The translations under genes were made by a program, and so were the position numbers. A stretch of 63,014 nucleotides of DNA, filler included, from Octopus bimaculoides (taxonomy: Eukaryota): NCBI RefSeq assembly GCF_001194135.2. It is 7 parts of 6 records of this genome, joined end to end, with 100 filler letters (N's around TTAATTAATTAA, not from the genome) between each part and the next. Parts side by side here need not be neighbours in the genome. Positions count along the whole stretch, not along the records: positions 59,382 to 63,014 come from NC_068986.1; 6 more parts are not named here. One strand, written 5' to 3'. Positions 61,027-63,014 of the stretch are shown piece by piece (position 1 is the stretch's first letter; every line of letters starts with the position of its first letter). The notes under the pieces were generated by a model. That model was not told the origin of the DNA, did no database searches, and was given only the letters and a program-made list of their open reading frames with translations.

Positions 61027-61066
61027 GACGACGGGTTTCGAGCTAGTTTTGATCATCCTCAGTCGC
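61027..61066 (-). ncRNA. Degenerate minimal hammerhead-like motif
   Basis: GA-CTGAGGA-T-GATC(AAAACTA)GCTC-GAAA-C(CC)GTC-GTC. Stem II has one mismatch, and stem I works only if C3 pairs with the following G. Confidence 0.4.
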
Positions 61067-61777
61067 GAACACCCAATCACTATTTTTCTCTAATCTTTAA
61101 TAATGAAACTAACATACCCGAGCCTGAAAACTGAATAGGTTTTTCGCTCCACAATTTCTCCTCCATAAAACTAGAAACCTCTTCAGTTTCTTTTCATTCT
61201 GGTTTTGTTTTCACATAGGCACAGACCAATGGATGTCCTATATTAACATAAACCGTATTAGTCTAACCAATCTTGGAAGTCTTGAAAATATCATGGGCAC
61301 TGTTCCCCTGCTCCCCTCTATCTCATTTTAGTGGATCCAATGGTCTATGCAAAGTGTTCATTGGTGTTTGGCAAATTCCAATGATACACCGAAACAAAAT
61401 ATGTGAGCCACAGACTTACTGTTTCCTCGCTCACCGTTATCCTCCCAACCTCTGGCTCACAGATGTACTGATCTGTTCATTCTGCTTTTTCCACTCCTAC
61501 TTCGTTGGTATCTGCTTCTAAGAGCTGACGTATCTTGTGCTACCTCCTGTCTCGCTCTTCCTTTCGTCAGTTATATGGTATTCATCACCCAGAACCAGCG
61601 ATAACCACTCTTCTCAGCGTTTACCGCTCATGCACCATGTTTCTGGATTTCTCTCTTTGCCACTCTTCGCTGTCAATTCCATAGCTGATATAAAACAAAA
61701 ACCGCGTTGATTTTAATATAATCTGAGGGTCAGTCAGGGTAACGGCTCTTTCCATAATTATATACCACATATATGAA

Positions 61778-62050
61778 GGCACATAGCCTAGTGGTTTGGG
61801 TGTTGTACACACGATCACGAGGTCGTGGTTTCAATTCCTGGATCGCGTACAGCAGTGTTCACGAGAAAAACACTTCACATCATATTGCTCTGTTATCAGT
61901 TCGACACCTGATGTGTGGTACACTGTGTGCCTGTTCAGGCAATGTCAATGTGATGGAGGAAGTGTGCTAATGTACAACACATGTAGTTGACAACAACGAA
62001 CAAATTATTTCTGCTGGTTGTTCTGCAAAAAGTTGCCGAATTGTCTTTTC
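61778..62050 (+). mobile_element. tRNA-derived SINE (family C-like head)
   Basis: A box TAGCCTAGTGG, B box GGTTTCAATTCC. Confidence 0.65.
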
Positions 62051-62149
62051 CGGACTACGAGAGACTGTCGTCATATTATACCTATGTATGTATGTATGTA
62101 CGTATGTATGTATGTATGTATGTATGTATGTATGTATGTATGTATGTAT

Positions 62150-62180
<31 letters not shown>

Positions 62181-62249
62181 CTTGTCTGTCCGTATTACCT
62201 ATTTACCTATCTGTCTACTTACCTATTTACTTACATATCCATTTACCTA

Positions 62250-62358
<109 letters not shown>

Positions 62359-62374
62359 ATGAGTGTACGTGTGT

Positions 62375-62582
62375 GTGTATGTTTGTGTGTCTGTGTTTGT
62401 CCCCGAACATCGCTTGACAATCGATTGTGGTGTGTTTACGTCTCCGTAACCTAGCAGTTCGGCAAAAAGAGACCCATAGAATAAGTACTAGGCTTACAAA
62501 AAATAAGTCATGGGGTCGATTAGCTCAACTAAAAGCGGTGCTCCAGCATGGCCGCAGTCAAATGACTGAAATGAATAAAAGA
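62375..62582 (+). mobile_element. SINE family A, 3' half
   Basis: GTGTTTGTCCCC..GCTCCAGCATGGCCGCAGTCAAATGACTGAAA. Confidence 0.85.
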
Positions 62583-63014
62583 ATATATATACCTCTACAT
62601 AACAGTCAACTAACAAATCTACCTTTGTATGTATAACCTGTGGGTATTGGGGTATCACTGCATTCTACGTATATCTCCTATTTAGTACTAGGGTCGTTTC
62701 ATTCATTTATGAGGACGTACAAGAGGGAGAGAGAGAAAGAGAAAGAGAGAGGAGGAGAGAGAGCGACAACTAGACAACTAAGAGACGACAGACAGGCTGA
62801 ATATTCTCCTTAAGAGGAGAGAGCAACTTCAAAGTCTATATATTTTATTGTAATATTTCTTCCTATATTGAGAGGTCTTTTTCTTAGGCGTGAAATAGTA
62901 TGTTTCCATATTTCCATAAAATACATTTATTGGGTATTCCAGTCGTTGTAGATAGTGCTATGTCTCCCTCATTCTGGGATCGTCAGTACAACATTACAGT
63001 GAGAGAGAGAGAGA

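Overview
AT-rich, microsatellite-saturated, gap-riddled animal DNA. The SINE families and repeat landscape look like a coleoid cephalopod, most likely Octopus (inferred, not database-checked). The only host gene I can support is a long-type MRP/ABCC (ABCC1-like) transporter on the minus strand. Five consecutive GT-AG exons (33424-33305, 32315-32187, 29986-29879, 28427-28366, 27055-26924; 551 nt) splice in frame into TMD0 plus the lasso/L0 linker; none is called correctly by the ORF track. The other exons were not found. The five exons sit in one block between two artificial N44-TTAATTAATTAA-N44 join spacers. The rest is mostly mobile DNA: at least four tRNA-derived SINE families; Tx1/L1, RTE, R4 and CR1 LINE fragments; MULE, mariner and maT remnants; Merlin-, Tigger-, Tc1- and piggyBac-type MITEs; and several minisatellites. 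The most striking unannotated signal is a set of minimal type-I hammerhead-ribozyme folds (about nine candidates, several families). These include a four-copy family with a shared non-canonical CUGU core and two hammerheads lying just downstream of co-oriented Pol III SINE heads. A Tx1-like LINE also appears to target (TATC)n microsatellites. All folds and alignments were done by eye.
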